A stretch of 34,984 nucleotides of DNA from a virus (taxonomy: Duplodnaviria; Caudoviricetes), in IMG/VR virus record IMGVR_UViG_3300011334_000232, positions 1 through 34,984 of that record. One strand, given 5' to 3'. The notes beneath the pieces were generated by a model. That model searched no databases. It was not told where the DNA came from and worked only from the letters and a program-made list of their open reading frames with translations. A program made the position numbers and the translations under genes. The first letter of the stretch is position 1. Each line of letters opens with the position of its first letter. This document shows, piece by piece, positions 9,045 through 16,543 of this stretch.

Positions 9045-9474
9045 TGGGCAATCTAGGCTATGCAATCGACAGTCGATTGCGTGGACAATTTGCGTGGGCG
9101 AGTGGTGACTAGCCAAACTAGCCAGTTTACAATTGTTAACAAAACTAGGCGTTCTGGGTCATCGGATTACAAGTCATCCTTAGAAAGTATACATTCTAAC
9201 CATATAGGTTAATTATATACTTTTTTGTTACTGACTATACAATCCATTACCTAGAACGCCTAGTTTCCTCGCTGACACGCAGAAATCCGTCACTTTTCGC
9301 TAGGCAATTTGGGGTGAAACCATAGCCCAACAAATGACTATTTCGCCCATGTCGATTGCCCAACAATTACCCGACATTTCACCCGCGCAAAAACTAGGCA
9401 ACTTTCTGGGTCATTTGTTGGGCTATTTTTCACGCCAAATGACCCAGAAATTGCCCAGAAATATCTGTGGATAA
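9045..9474. repeat. Putative replication origin: TRGGYNAT octamer iterons, AT-rich core, DnaA box
   Basis: Ten exact and several variant octamers in both orientations; AT-rich 9180-9245; TGTGGATAA (=TTATCCACA) at 9466-9474; no credible ORF. Confidence 0.6.
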
Positions 9475-9486
9475 CTTTATTTAGTG

Positions 9487-9534
9487 CAACACATTTTGTT
9501 GTTGACACTATGACAAAGAGGGTAGATAAGAGGG
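9487..9534 (+). promoter_or_regulatory. Early promoter PE1 with upstream palindrome
   Basis: CAACACATTTTGTTG(9487-9501)-TTGACA(9502-9507)-17 nt-GATAAG; near-duplicate at 10207-10254. Confidence 0.75.
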
Positions 9535-9556
9535 TATCAACAACGGAGCTACTGCT

Positions 9557-9751
9557 ATGCCTACACTATCTGACAAAGCCCAAACGTTCTTAGCCACTAA
9601 GCCATATCTCATGGGCGTAGTCGCCGGACATAAGTTTTACGAACACCCGACGCGCGGTGACGAAAGCCCGCTGCTTGTTATTGGGCCTGACGGAAAGTTG
9701 AAACTGTCAGACCATTGGGAATTGCCCTCGTGGGATGAATTGACAGCTTAA
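9557..9751 (+). CDS. Early hypothetical protein
   Basis: 64 aa, GGAG RBS, first gene after PE1. Confidence 0.75.
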   Translation: MPTLSDKAQTFLATKPYLMGVVAGHKFYEHPTRGDESPLLVIGPDGKLKLSDHWELPSWDELTA

Positions 9752-9797
9752 TCAATCGGGCGGCCTTAGCGCCGCCCACAACATAGGAGCAACACAA

Positions 9798-9962
9798 ATG
9801 TTATACGCAGTTACCGATCCCCGCGACAATTACGCAGAGGCGTATTTTGATAGTTTAGAGCGCGCAAAAGATTACGCGCAGTTTCTCGAGACAAGCGTGG
9901 CGCACCCGTATCGCGCTTACAATGTGCGCTTAAAAGTGACGCTAGTTAAGGGGGATGCGTAA
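9798..9962 (+). CDS. Early hypothetical protein, 54 aa (not in ORF track)
   Basis: AGGAG RBS; MLYAVTDPRDNYAEAYFDSLERAKDYAQFLETSVAHPYRAYNVRLKVTLVKGDA*. Confidence 0.75.
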   Translation: MLYAVTDPRDNYAEAYFDSLERAKDYAQFLETSVAHPYRAYNVRLKVTLVKGDA

Positions 9963-9963
9963 A

Positions 9964-10191
9964 ATGACACAGACAGTTTCACAATATTACATTGAAGGCA
10001 TTAGCGAGGGCGTCTCCATGTTGAAGGCATGGAAGGCACAAGGCATGGACGATGCGGAATTGCCAGCCCTCGCGCAAGCGCATTTAGACAACATCAAGCG
10101 CACAGCGCGGACATTCGACGCACAATCACCGATTGGCCAGATGTTGCGCGGCGAACGTGATTTCTGGCGCAACAAACTAAAGAAAGCCTAA
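9964..10191 (+). CDS. Early hypothetical protein
   Basis: MTQTVSQYY... start follows the previous stop (alternative start 9955). Confidence 0.7.
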   Translation: MTQTVSQYYIEGISEGVSMLKAWKAQGMDDAELPALAQAHLDNIKRTARTFDAQSPIGQMLRGERDFWRNKLKKA

Positions 10192-10206
10192 AAACTTTTT
10201 TACTTG

Positions 10207-10254
10207 CAACAAATTTTGTTGTTGACAGTCTTAGTTTGAGGGTAGATAAGAGGG
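10207..10254 (+). promoter_or_regulatory. Early promoter PE2 with upstream palindrome
   Basis: CAACAAATTTTGTTG(10207-10221)-TTGACA(10222-10227)-17 nt-GATAAG; block GAGGGTAGATAAGAGGG identical to PE1. Confidence 0.75.
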
Positions 10255-10281
10255 CATCAACCACACAACGGGAGCCGCCAC

Positions 10282-10464
10282 ATGGTAAACGCAATTCTCA
10301 ATTTCACCTTCGCTCTAACCGGCAGCCGCGCCGTATCCGAGCTTATCGGCAAGCGCCGCATGATGGCGCGCTGGAACGCCGCGCAAGCCGCGCACCTAAA
10401 CGCCGGCGGCTATGTCGTCACAATCGAACGCAAGGGCGAAGGCGTCGAAACGCGCCTAATGTAG
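10282..10464 (+). CDS. Early hypothetical protein
   Basis: 60 aa, GGGAG RBS, first gene after PE2. Confidence 0.7.
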   Translation: MVNAILNFTFALTGSRAVSELIGKRRMMARWNAAQAAHLNAGGYVVTIERKGEGVETRLM

Positions 10465-10490
10465 TCAATCAATCAATAGGAGACAGTAAA

Positions 10491-10643
10491 ATGAAACGCA
10501 CCGACAAAAACAAGCCTAACGATTACCGCACATGGACACTAGCCGCGCTTGACGCCGCAATCATGTATCAAGTGCAATATGGCCGCGATACGCAACACCT
10601 AGATCATTTACTGGCCGCGCGCGGCAAGCGGGGTGCAGCATGA
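10491..10643 (+). CDS. Early hypothetical protein, 50 aa
   Basis: AGGAG RBS before MKRTDKNK...; the track start at 10236 lies within the promoter and is unlikely. Confidence 0.7.
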   Translation: MKRTDKNKPNDYRTWTLAALDAAIMYQVQYGRDTQHLDHLLAARGKRGAA

Positions 10644-10834
10644 ACAACCGCAACCCCGCAATCAAGGCTTTTGACGCGCAAATTGACGCGCTGACACAAA
10701 TCCGCGCGGATTATGACGCTATGGCCCAAGTTAGCACTGACAACCACGTGAAAGCGCACCTGCGCGAGCAAGCCGCGCTATTCACTGGCTATATTGCACA
10801 AGCTCGCGCTGACCGCGCGGCAATCAATTACTAA
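10640..10834 (+). CDS. Early hypothetical protein
   Basis: 64 aa helical ORF, ATGA overlap with the previous gene. Confidence 0.7.
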   Translation: MNNRNPAIKAFDAQIDALTQIRADYDAMAQVSTDNHVKAHLREQAALFTGYIAQARADRAAINY

Positions 10835-10857
10835 TCAATCAGTAGGAGCAAATTAAC

Positions 10858-11067
10858 ATGGCACAAGCAACACGCGACTATCGTTTCGTCTTAGTAGACA
10901 AGGCAAACCAAATGGGCATCACCCTTGACGGACAACCCGCCGCAATGGCTGGCGCTCGCACCAAATATGGCGTCGTCCGCCTGTTGAGCGGCAAGGGCGG
11001 CGATGTCGAGTATTCATGGCCAGCCATTGAACGCGTATTGGCTAAGGGCGGCGCATTTGTAAGCTAA
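10858..11067 (+). CDS. Early hypothetical protein
   Basis: 69 aa, AGGAG RBS. Confidence 0.75.
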   Translation: MAQATRDYRFVLVDKANQMGITLDGQPAAMAGARTKYGVVRLLSGKGGDVEYSWPAIERVLAKGGAFVS

Positions 11068-11099
11068 CACCACCACAGTAAAATAAAGGACAATTCACT

Positions 11100-11366
11100 A
11101 TGGCAGATATTTCATGCAACGGATGGCGCAACGCCGCAACGTGGACAGTTGGGCTTTGGTTCAATGACGGATGGGCTGAAATGGCAGAGGAAGGGCAGGA
11201 CATCACAGCCGATTTTTGCCGGGATCAGGTTGAGGAATACGTTAAAGACTTGATCGGCCAATGCAGCAGCAATGCCGGTTTCATCTGGGATATGCTTGAC
11301 CTTAACAGTGTGGACTGGGACGCCTTGGCGTCTCACCACCAGCCAGAACTGGACTGGATCGCATGA
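11100..11366 (+). CDS. Conserved phage hypothetical protein (NGW-N..TW motif)
   Basis: 88 aa acidic; 'NGWRNAATWTVGLWF' resembles a recurrent phage early-protein motif; AAGGA RBS. Confidence 0.75.
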   Translation: MADISCNGWRNAATWTVGLWFNDGWAEMAEEGQDITADFCRDQVEEYVKDLIGQCSSNAGFIWDMLDLNSVDWDALASHHQPELDWIA

Positions 11367-11452
11367 TCGCCCATATCGCGGCCCTAACCCTATTCGCTGG
11401 CGCTGGCGCGCTGGCGATATGGTCAATCATTCACACATTGAAAGGAAACTGA
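11363..11452 (+). CDS. 29-aa membrane peptide (not in ORF track)
   Basis: MIAHIAALTLFAGAGALAIWSIIHTLKGN*; ATGA overlap; one hydrophobic helix. Confidence 0.6.
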   Translation: MIAHIAALTLFAGAGALAIWSIIHTLKGN

Positions 11453-11455
11453 ACC

Positions 11456-11701
11456 ATGACAACGCAAACACTTCACTTGATCGACGAATACCTGATGCAA
11501 GGCGGTTACACGCCCGGCATTGACGCTGAAACGCTGGAGCGCGAAGCGCACCTAATCGCCGCCGCGCCTGACCTATTGCAAGCCCTACAATGGCTGATTT
11601 GTGAGGCTGACGAAGATATGCCTTCAGAACACCGTTCAGATAGTTTCACGAGCGCACTAGACGCAGCAATTGCAGCAATCACTAAAGCAAAAGGAAACTG
11701 A
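11456..11701 (+). CDS. Early hypothetical protein
   Basis: 81 aa with 'A.LIAAAPDLL.AL ... A.AAI.KA' motif widespread in phage early proteins. Confidence 0.8.
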   Translation: MTTQTLHLIDEYLMQGGYTPGIDAETLEREAHLIAAAPDLLQALQWLICEADEDMPSEHRSDSFTSALDAAIAAITKAKGN

Positions 11702-11705
11702 ACCA

Positions 11706-11912
11706 ATGGCACAAGACCGAACCTATTTCAGAATGCTATCCGATACCGCGCTGGCTGAAGCTGCACGCTATTGCGACAATGACTTGGCCCTAGTGCTAGG
11801 AGAGCGCCTTAGCGCGCTCACAGACGCACAGGAAGAGCTGGAGCAACTGCAAATACTATATGACCGCCTAGTGGCCGAGAATAACGCCCTGCTGGACGAT
11901 ATGGCAGAATGA
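11706..11912 (+). CDS. Early coiled-coil hypothetical protein
   Basis: AAGGA RBS before MAQDRTYF...; heptad-like C-terminus. Confidence 0.7.
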   Translation: MAQDRTYFRMLSDTALAEAARYCDNDLALVLGERLSALTDAQEELEQLQILYDRLVAENNALLDDMAE

Positions 11913-11968
11913 CAGCCCTACTGGCTGGAGCCGCCCTGTTCCTATTAACCTTACTACTGGAGGATTAA
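11909..11968 (+). CDS. 19-aa hydrophobic peptide (not in ORF track)
   Basis: MTALLAGAALFLLTLLLED*; ATGA overlap; exactly fills the intergenic gap. Confidence 0.45.
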   Translation: MTALLAGAALFLLTLLLED

Positions 11969-11971
11969 CCA

Positions 11972-12178
11972 ATGACACAATACGAAATCGCAATCGTTGC
12001 GCTGCTGTTCGCGCAAGCGTTTACCCTATATCTGCTTTGGGCGTCTGAAAAGAATAGCAGCCGCTGGCAAGCCTTGTGGACAATGACAGCCGAAGAATTG
12101 CTCTACTGGAAGCGCAACGCAATCTTGCGCGATCCATTGACCGGCAAATACCGCAAAAAGGACAAGCGCAATGGATAG
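11972..12178 (+). CDS. Early membrane-anchored hypothetical protein
   Basis: GGAGG RBS; N-terminal TM helix; basic C-terminus RDPLTGKYRKK. Confidence 0.75.
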   Translation: MTQYEIAIVALLFAQAFTLYLLWASEKNSSRWQALWTMTAEELLYWKRNAILRDPLTGKYRKKDKRNG

Positions 12179-12503
12179 GAACCTACGCGCCAAGATACGG
12201 CAACTGTCTAGCTACATCACCGACAAGTCGGCGGTTATGCAATACATCAACAGGGAGCGGAACCTCAACCTGACGCTGCGCGACATAGAAACCGCCTGCA
12301 TAGGGCAGCGCGACTACCGCCCCAACCTTAAGCCGATGATACCATCGCCGCTGATCGTGACGCACAAGCAACAGGGGTATGACGACCTAGCCCTTGCGCT
12401 GTTCAAATACCATGCCAAGCGGTCACACGGCCCTGAGCAAGCCTACTGGCTGGCGCGACTGAACGACCGCCGGCCTAAGCCTACCACAACCATAGAACTG
12501 TAA
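12171..12503 (+). CDS. Hypothetical protein
   Basis: 110 aa, AAGGA RBS, overlaps the previous gene. Confidence 0.7.
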   Translation: MDRNLRAKIRQLSSYITDKSAVMQYINRERNLNLTLRDIETACIGQRDYRPNLKPMIPSPLIVTHKQQGYDDLALALFKYHAKRSHGPEQAYWLARLNDRRPKPTTTIEL

Positions 12504-12517
12504 AGGACACCTAAACC

Positions 12518-12763
12518 ATGTTTGAGATTAAAGTAATCGACCCATCCGCCGATGATGACGAAAAAGGCATCGACGCCCAGCTTGACCTGCTACGCGTAGC
12601 CGCCCGCGCATTTAAGAAGCACGAACGGCTCAAGGCCGAAATGCAGGCCCATGAGCGGCATATGTCGCTAATCTGCCAGACCTACGGCAACGTCTATAAG
12701 GTCTGGGGGTTTAGGCCTGAGCATCTGCGCCAAGCCTGCGTCGCACGGGGGCTGTTGAAATGA
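12518..12763 (+). CDS. Hypothetical protein
   Basis: 81 aa, AAGGA RBS. Confidence 0.7.
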   Translation: MFEIKVIDPSADDDEKGIDAQLDLLRVAARAFKKHERLKAEMQAHERHMSLICQTYGNVYKVWGFRPEHLRQACVARGLLK

Positions 12764-12945
12764 TTGCGCTAACTATTATCGGCCTTGTTTTCGCCGCTGT
12801 CGCTTACCTCGTGGGATCAGTAGCGATTGCGGTATGGGCAGGCCGCAAAATTGATGACGGCGCGTTAGGCTTCGGAGTGTATGTGATTATAGTTATCACG
12901 CTCGCATCTGTCCCCTTTGCCATATTTGTGCAGGTGGCGTCATGA
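12760..12945 (+). CDS. Two-TM membrane protein
   Basis: 61 aa, two hydrophobic segments, ATGA overlaps at both ends. Confidence 0.7.
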   Translation: MIALTIIGLVFAAVAYLVGSVAIAVWAGRKIDDGALGFGVYVIIVITLASVPFAIFVQVAS

Positions 12946-13124
12946 GACCAATGATTTACCCAATGGGAACGCTAGAGGTTGGTGAAGTTGGCACTATGCC
13001 AGCCACCAAGCGCGGCGATGCAAAGCGCACCAGCCGCAACGTCTCGCAATACGGTATCAGGAACGGCAAGACGTTTAAGTGCCGCACTGTCGAAGGTGTC
13101 ACATTCATAACGAGGCTAAGATAA
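12942..13124 (+). CDS. Small basic putative DNA-binding protein (paralogue 1)
   Basis: 'YPMGTLEVGE...Y..RNGKTFKCR....TFITRLR' pattern. Confidence 0.65.
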   Translation: MRPMIYPMGTLEVGEVGTMPATKRGDAKRTSRNVSQYGIRNGKTFKCRTVEGVTFITRLR

Positions 13125-13306
13125 TGACTAAGATAAAATACCGCATGGACGCCCAGACGGGCAAGCCGTGGAAGATATACCCCAACCGTGCTGTCGTCTT
13201 GAACGATGACGGATCGACAGTGACGGAACATTATGACGAAAACGGGCGGCTATACAAAACCACCGCCAAGACAGTCCCCTACCCTGAAGATTGGAAGCCA
13301 GATTGA
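13124..13306 (+). CDS. Hypothetical protein
   Basis: GAGG RBS before MTKIKY...; TAATG overlap. Confidence 0.7.
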   Translation: MTKIKYRMDAQTGKPWKIYPNRAVVLNDDGSTVTEHYDENGRLYKTTAKTVPYPEDWKPD

Positions 13307-13363
13307 CCCTGCGCCAGTTTCTACATGAAAACTTCGGGTGGGATATTTACGATTGGAATATTG

Positions 13364-13564
13364 ATGACATTCGGTTCTGACACACGCAAATCTAAGCACG
13401 GCATAAACGCAATGGCTGTCGGTGAGGTTCGCGTCTTCGACACACCGACCGAACGCGACAAAGACATCCTGCGCCGCTCCGCACACAACCAGAACGAGCG
13501 AACGGATCGCTTCTACATGACGCGCTCCAAGGGTAAGACGCTGACAGTCACGCGGCTGCGGTGA
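13364..13564 (+). CDS. Small basic putative DNA-binding protein (paralogue 2); start 13364 or 13325
   Basis: 'MAVGEVRVF...R.AH...R..RFYMTR.....TVTRLR' aligns by eye with 12942-13124. Confidence 0.65.
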   Translation: MTFGSDTRKSKHGINAMAVGEVRVFDTPTERDKDILRRSAHNQNERTDRFYMTRSKGKTLTVTRLR

Positions 13565-13571
13565 CGCACAA

Positions 13572-13637
13572 TAAAAAACCCCCGGCGGAGTGAGGACGCC
13601 GGGGGTTTAATCAGGTCAGCGGAGCATAGCCGACCCT
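13572..13637 (-). ncRNA. Candidate two-hairpin small RNA with C/U-rich (anti-SD-like) loops
   Basis: GGGUCGGC-UAUGCUCC-GCUGACCU stem (G-U pairs favour the - strand), then CCCCCGGCG-UCCUCACUC-CGCCGGGGG-U6; promoter-like TTGACA upstream at 13670-13665. Confidence 0.55.
13573..13608. terminator. Intrinsic terminator between convergent early (+) and replication (-) operons
   Basis: 9-bp all-GC stem (12 bp with A/T), U6 tail on the - strand, TTT on the + strand. Confidence 0.85.
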
Positions 13638-13640
13638 AAA

Positions 13641-13670
13641 CACATACCATTGCAACCAAATGGTTGTCAA
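13641..13670 (-). promoter_or_regulatory. Promoter overlapping the primase stop codon
   Basis: TTGACA(13670-13665)-18 nt-TATGTG with TGn extension; palindrome CAACCA-AA-TGGTTG at 13653-13666. Confidence 0.5.
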
Positions 13671-16012
13671 TTCTTGCCTATGTTTGGCATGATGCTCGAC
13701 TTAGGCAAGTCTTCCGCCAAACGGCGCAAGTCGGACTTGTTCCGTTTCTTCACGTCAGGCGCGGCAAAGATGTGTTTCTTAGTTGGGTGGTCAACGCAAG
13801 CGATGCGCCCCATGTCAACCCAGCCAGCCTCTTTGAGCGCGTGTAGGAGCGCCGCCTGTGGTATCTTCACGCCAGCCGGCACGTTGACCGCCAGCGCGTC
13901 ACAGATGCGATGGAAAGGCCCACCAATGACGCCATTGGCAAACACGCCCGCCTTCTCGCGCATCATGTCCACAAGATAGCTTTCCGCTACGCTCATGCCA
14001 TGCTCGACCATGTTCAACTTCCATTCGGTGACAGGCGGCGCAGCGGCAGGGTTGAACCGCGACACGTCGCGCTGCCACAGCCAAGCGGCGCACTTCTCAT
14101 AGCCGCCGTTCTTATACCACGCCCATAGCTTGTTCGCTGCGGTGGCTGACATACGCGGCGCGTGCGTCCACACGCAGAACCAACGCCTGTCCTGTGTCGG
14201 CAACGTGATAGGCAGCGGATCGTTCGTGTAAGCAATCACCATCAGGCGGTTGACCAACTCATAGGGGTGCATACCCTTGCGGTTGACTGTCAGCGTTTCA
14301 GGCGGCGCAGCGATGAGCGGCTTCAGCTTGTTAGCCATCGCCCTGCGCTCCCGCGCCTCTGGTTCCTTTAATTCGTTTAGGATGACAACTTCAGCCTCAA
14401 GCGCATAGCCCCACTGGCTGTCCAAGCCGCCAGCCTCAATGACTGACCTGTTGCGCCAGTGTTGGCCGCCCAGCGCCCACAGGAACGGCTGGAACATACT
14501 GTCCTTACCGACGCCTTCGTCACCGCCGATCAGGATGGCATGGTTAATCTTGACGTTAGGATGCTGTATCTTGAACGCCATAGCGTCAAGGATATGGTCT
14601 AACTCCTCATCGTCCGCTACCAGATCGCGGCAATGCTGGAGCCACGGCTCAACGTCATGGTCGGCGATTGTGTCGCTGTCCGACACGTCAGGGCGTCCGT
14701 CCACCCAGCGGTTGCCGTAAACCAACCCGTCGCGCGTCACCAAAGTGTCATCGCCAGCGGCGAACGTCACCGCCGACAGCGCAGGCGCACCGCGGTCTTG
14801 CCGGCGCTCGTCAAAATAGATGGACGCCTGCACGCGGTTCTTCTTGCCGTGAATGGATTTGCAGTCAACGTGACGGAACAGGGCGTTGAAGACGTTGCGG
14901 GCTATCTCTTGCCGCGTCACCATGTCAAAATAGCAGTCATCGGACTGTATATAGGCGAAACGCTCAAACCATTCGCTTTGTTCCAGCCGTCCCGCTTCTT
15001 TCTTTTCGACCTCACGCACACGCGCTGCGGCCTCATCAGGAAAAGCGTCGTTCGGTGCGATTTTCTCATACATCGACGCCAGACGCTCTGCGATTAGTTC
15101 GTCACGCAAGCCCGGCGTTACCTTCGGGCCGCCTTCATTGGCTACCCAATCAAGAAAGGTGCGGCTGTCTAAGTCTTGGCAATGCCCATGATAGCAGCAG
15201 AACGAACGATCCAGCGGCTTGTAGCGCGCCTCAATCATGCCGTCGCTGTGCTGCTCATGGTTAGGGCAGACGATGCCGCACCAGCCGTCAGCGTTGACGT
15301 GCGACAAGACTAGGTTCTGTTCGGCAAGCCATGTCAGGACGTTGTCTAGCCCAGTGTCGCGCAACTGCACCGCTTTATATTCGGCTGTGTCGCCTTCCTC
15401 TGGTGTAACGTCCAGCGCCTCGCAGATTTGCCCCAGCGTGTATTCACGCTCAGGGTTGAACGATACCAGCCGCGCTGCAAAGTTATTGCGTCCTTGCTTC
15501 ATGTTGATGCTGCCGGGGATACGGCAGTTGCGGACAGCGTTGGTCGCGCCCGGATCAGTGTAGCCAGCGTCCGCGATAGCCTTGATGGCAGCGCAGAAGT
15601 CGCCCTTGCGCGGCTGTTCGCTGAACGCGTAACCCCACTGGAACGACCCTTCGCTGGTTTCCAGCACCCATGTCGGCGCCAGCGGCGGCTCTTTCGACTT
15701 CGTGCCAACGTCGTCCAGCATCATGAACAACACATACTCGACGTTGCTGGCCTTTGCCGACGGCTTGCCGTCCACAAAGCGGTCAACGATGAACGAGCCT
15801 GTGTTGACATACCATGCCTCGCCTTCTTTCATGCGGGTCTTTTCTGGCAGGAATGCAGGGAACGTCGCCTTCGGTGCGCCGTCTGCGTGGAATATCATGT
15901 TGCCGTCGCTGTCGTGCTGCGGCTTCTGACGCACAACAAGGGCTGTCTCGCCCACATTGTCCGTCGCCAATCCCGTTATATACTCTATGAACTTCGTGCG
16001 ATCCTCACTCAT
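13667..16012 (-). CDS. Primase-helicase (RepB'-type primase, Zn finger, D5/SF3-like helicase)
   Basis: 'FMMLDDVG', 'LETSEGSFQWGY' primase motifs; CPNH..H / CYHGHC; Walker A 'GGDEGVGKD', Walker B 'VILNEL'. Confidence 0.88.
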   Translation of the reverse strand: MSEDRTKFIEYITGLATDNVGETALVVRQKPQHDSDGNMIFHADGAPKATFPAFLPEKTRMKEGEAWYVNTGSFIVDRFVDGKPSAKASNVEYVLFMMLDDVGTKSKEPPLAPTWVLETSEGSFQWGYAFSEQPRKGDFCAAIKAIADAGYTDPGATNAVRNCRIPGSINMKQGRNNFAARLVSFNPEREYTLGQICEALDVTPEEGDTAEYKAVQLRDTGLDNVLTWLAEQNLVLSHVNADGWCGIVCPNHEQHSDGMIEARYKPLDRSFCCYHGHCQDLDSRTFLDWVANEGGPKVTPGLRDELIAERLASMYEKIAPNDAFPDEAAARVREVEKKEAGRLEQSEWFERFAYIQSDDCYFDMVTRQEIARNVFNALFRHVDCKSIHGKKNRVQASIYFDERRQDRGAPALSAVTFAAGDDTLVTRDGLVYGNRWVDGRPDVSDSDTIADHDVEPWLQHCRDLVADDEELDHILDAMAFKIQHPNVKINHAILIGGDEGVGKDSMFQPFLWALGGQHWRNRSVIEAGGLDSQWGYALEAEVVILNELKEPEARERRAMANKLKPLIAAPPETLTVNRKGMHPYELVNRLMVIAYTNDPLPITLPTQDRRWFCVWTHAPRMSATAANKLWAWYKNGGYEKCAAWLWQRDVSRFNPAAAPPVTEWKLNMVEHGMSVAESYLVDMMREKAGVFANGVIGGPFHRICDALAVNVPAGVKIPQAALLHALKEAGWVDMGRIACVDHPTKKHIFAAPDVKKRNKSDLRRLAEDLPKSSIMPNIGKN

Positions 16013-16024
16013 CGCGGTTCTCCT

Positions 16025-16543
16025 TTAATTAACATGTGACCAAACGCGGCCACTACGTACTGCCCAAACATGCTCCCGCGATACGCCATGTTGCAACGCA
16101 AGCACCGACGCATCTAAGTCTGAATTGCGGATGTTTCGAACCGCTGCTTCCGTTAGTTTGGCGTGCGGATGCCGCTCACCTTTTAAACGCCGCCCATGAA
16201 TTTCGGTATCGGCGTGGTTGTCCGCCGGCGACCCCCAGCGAAGGTTATTTGCGGCATTATTGTTTTTGTCACCGTCGTTATGCAGTACGTGCGCGCCTTT
16301 ATGCGGTGGTGGCCCGTGAAAAACAAGCGCCACTAATCTATGGACACACTCCTGCTTACGCTCATCTCCCGCCGTCAATGTCACGGCCCAGTAGCCGTTG
16401 TTTTTCTGGACTAGGGAAAGGTCGCGGCCTTTGCGGATTGCCACAGCACCGCCTTTAGCCCCTACGACCATGTCGCGCGAACGTACAAAACCAGCATCAC
16501 TAATTTCGTAACGAACCCATTTAGGGATGGGTAGCCAAATCAT
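16025..16543 (-). mobile_element. Free-standing NUMOD4-HNH endonuclease
   Basis: 'W.PIP....YEISD.G.VRS' NUMOD4; 'VHRLVA..F...HVLHNDGDKNNN..NNLRWG...DN' HNH; C-terminal HTH-like 'AKLTE'. Confidence 0.9.

Noticed and set aside
9045-9460. Repeats as a mini-CRISPR array
   Set aside because: Units are 8-18 bp, occur in both orientations and have irregular spacing; they are iteron-like.
13579-13636. CsrA/RsmA sponge (GGA in loops on the + strand)
   Set aside because: Stem 1 has A-C mismatches on + but G-U pairs on -; the promoter and U6 tail are also on -.
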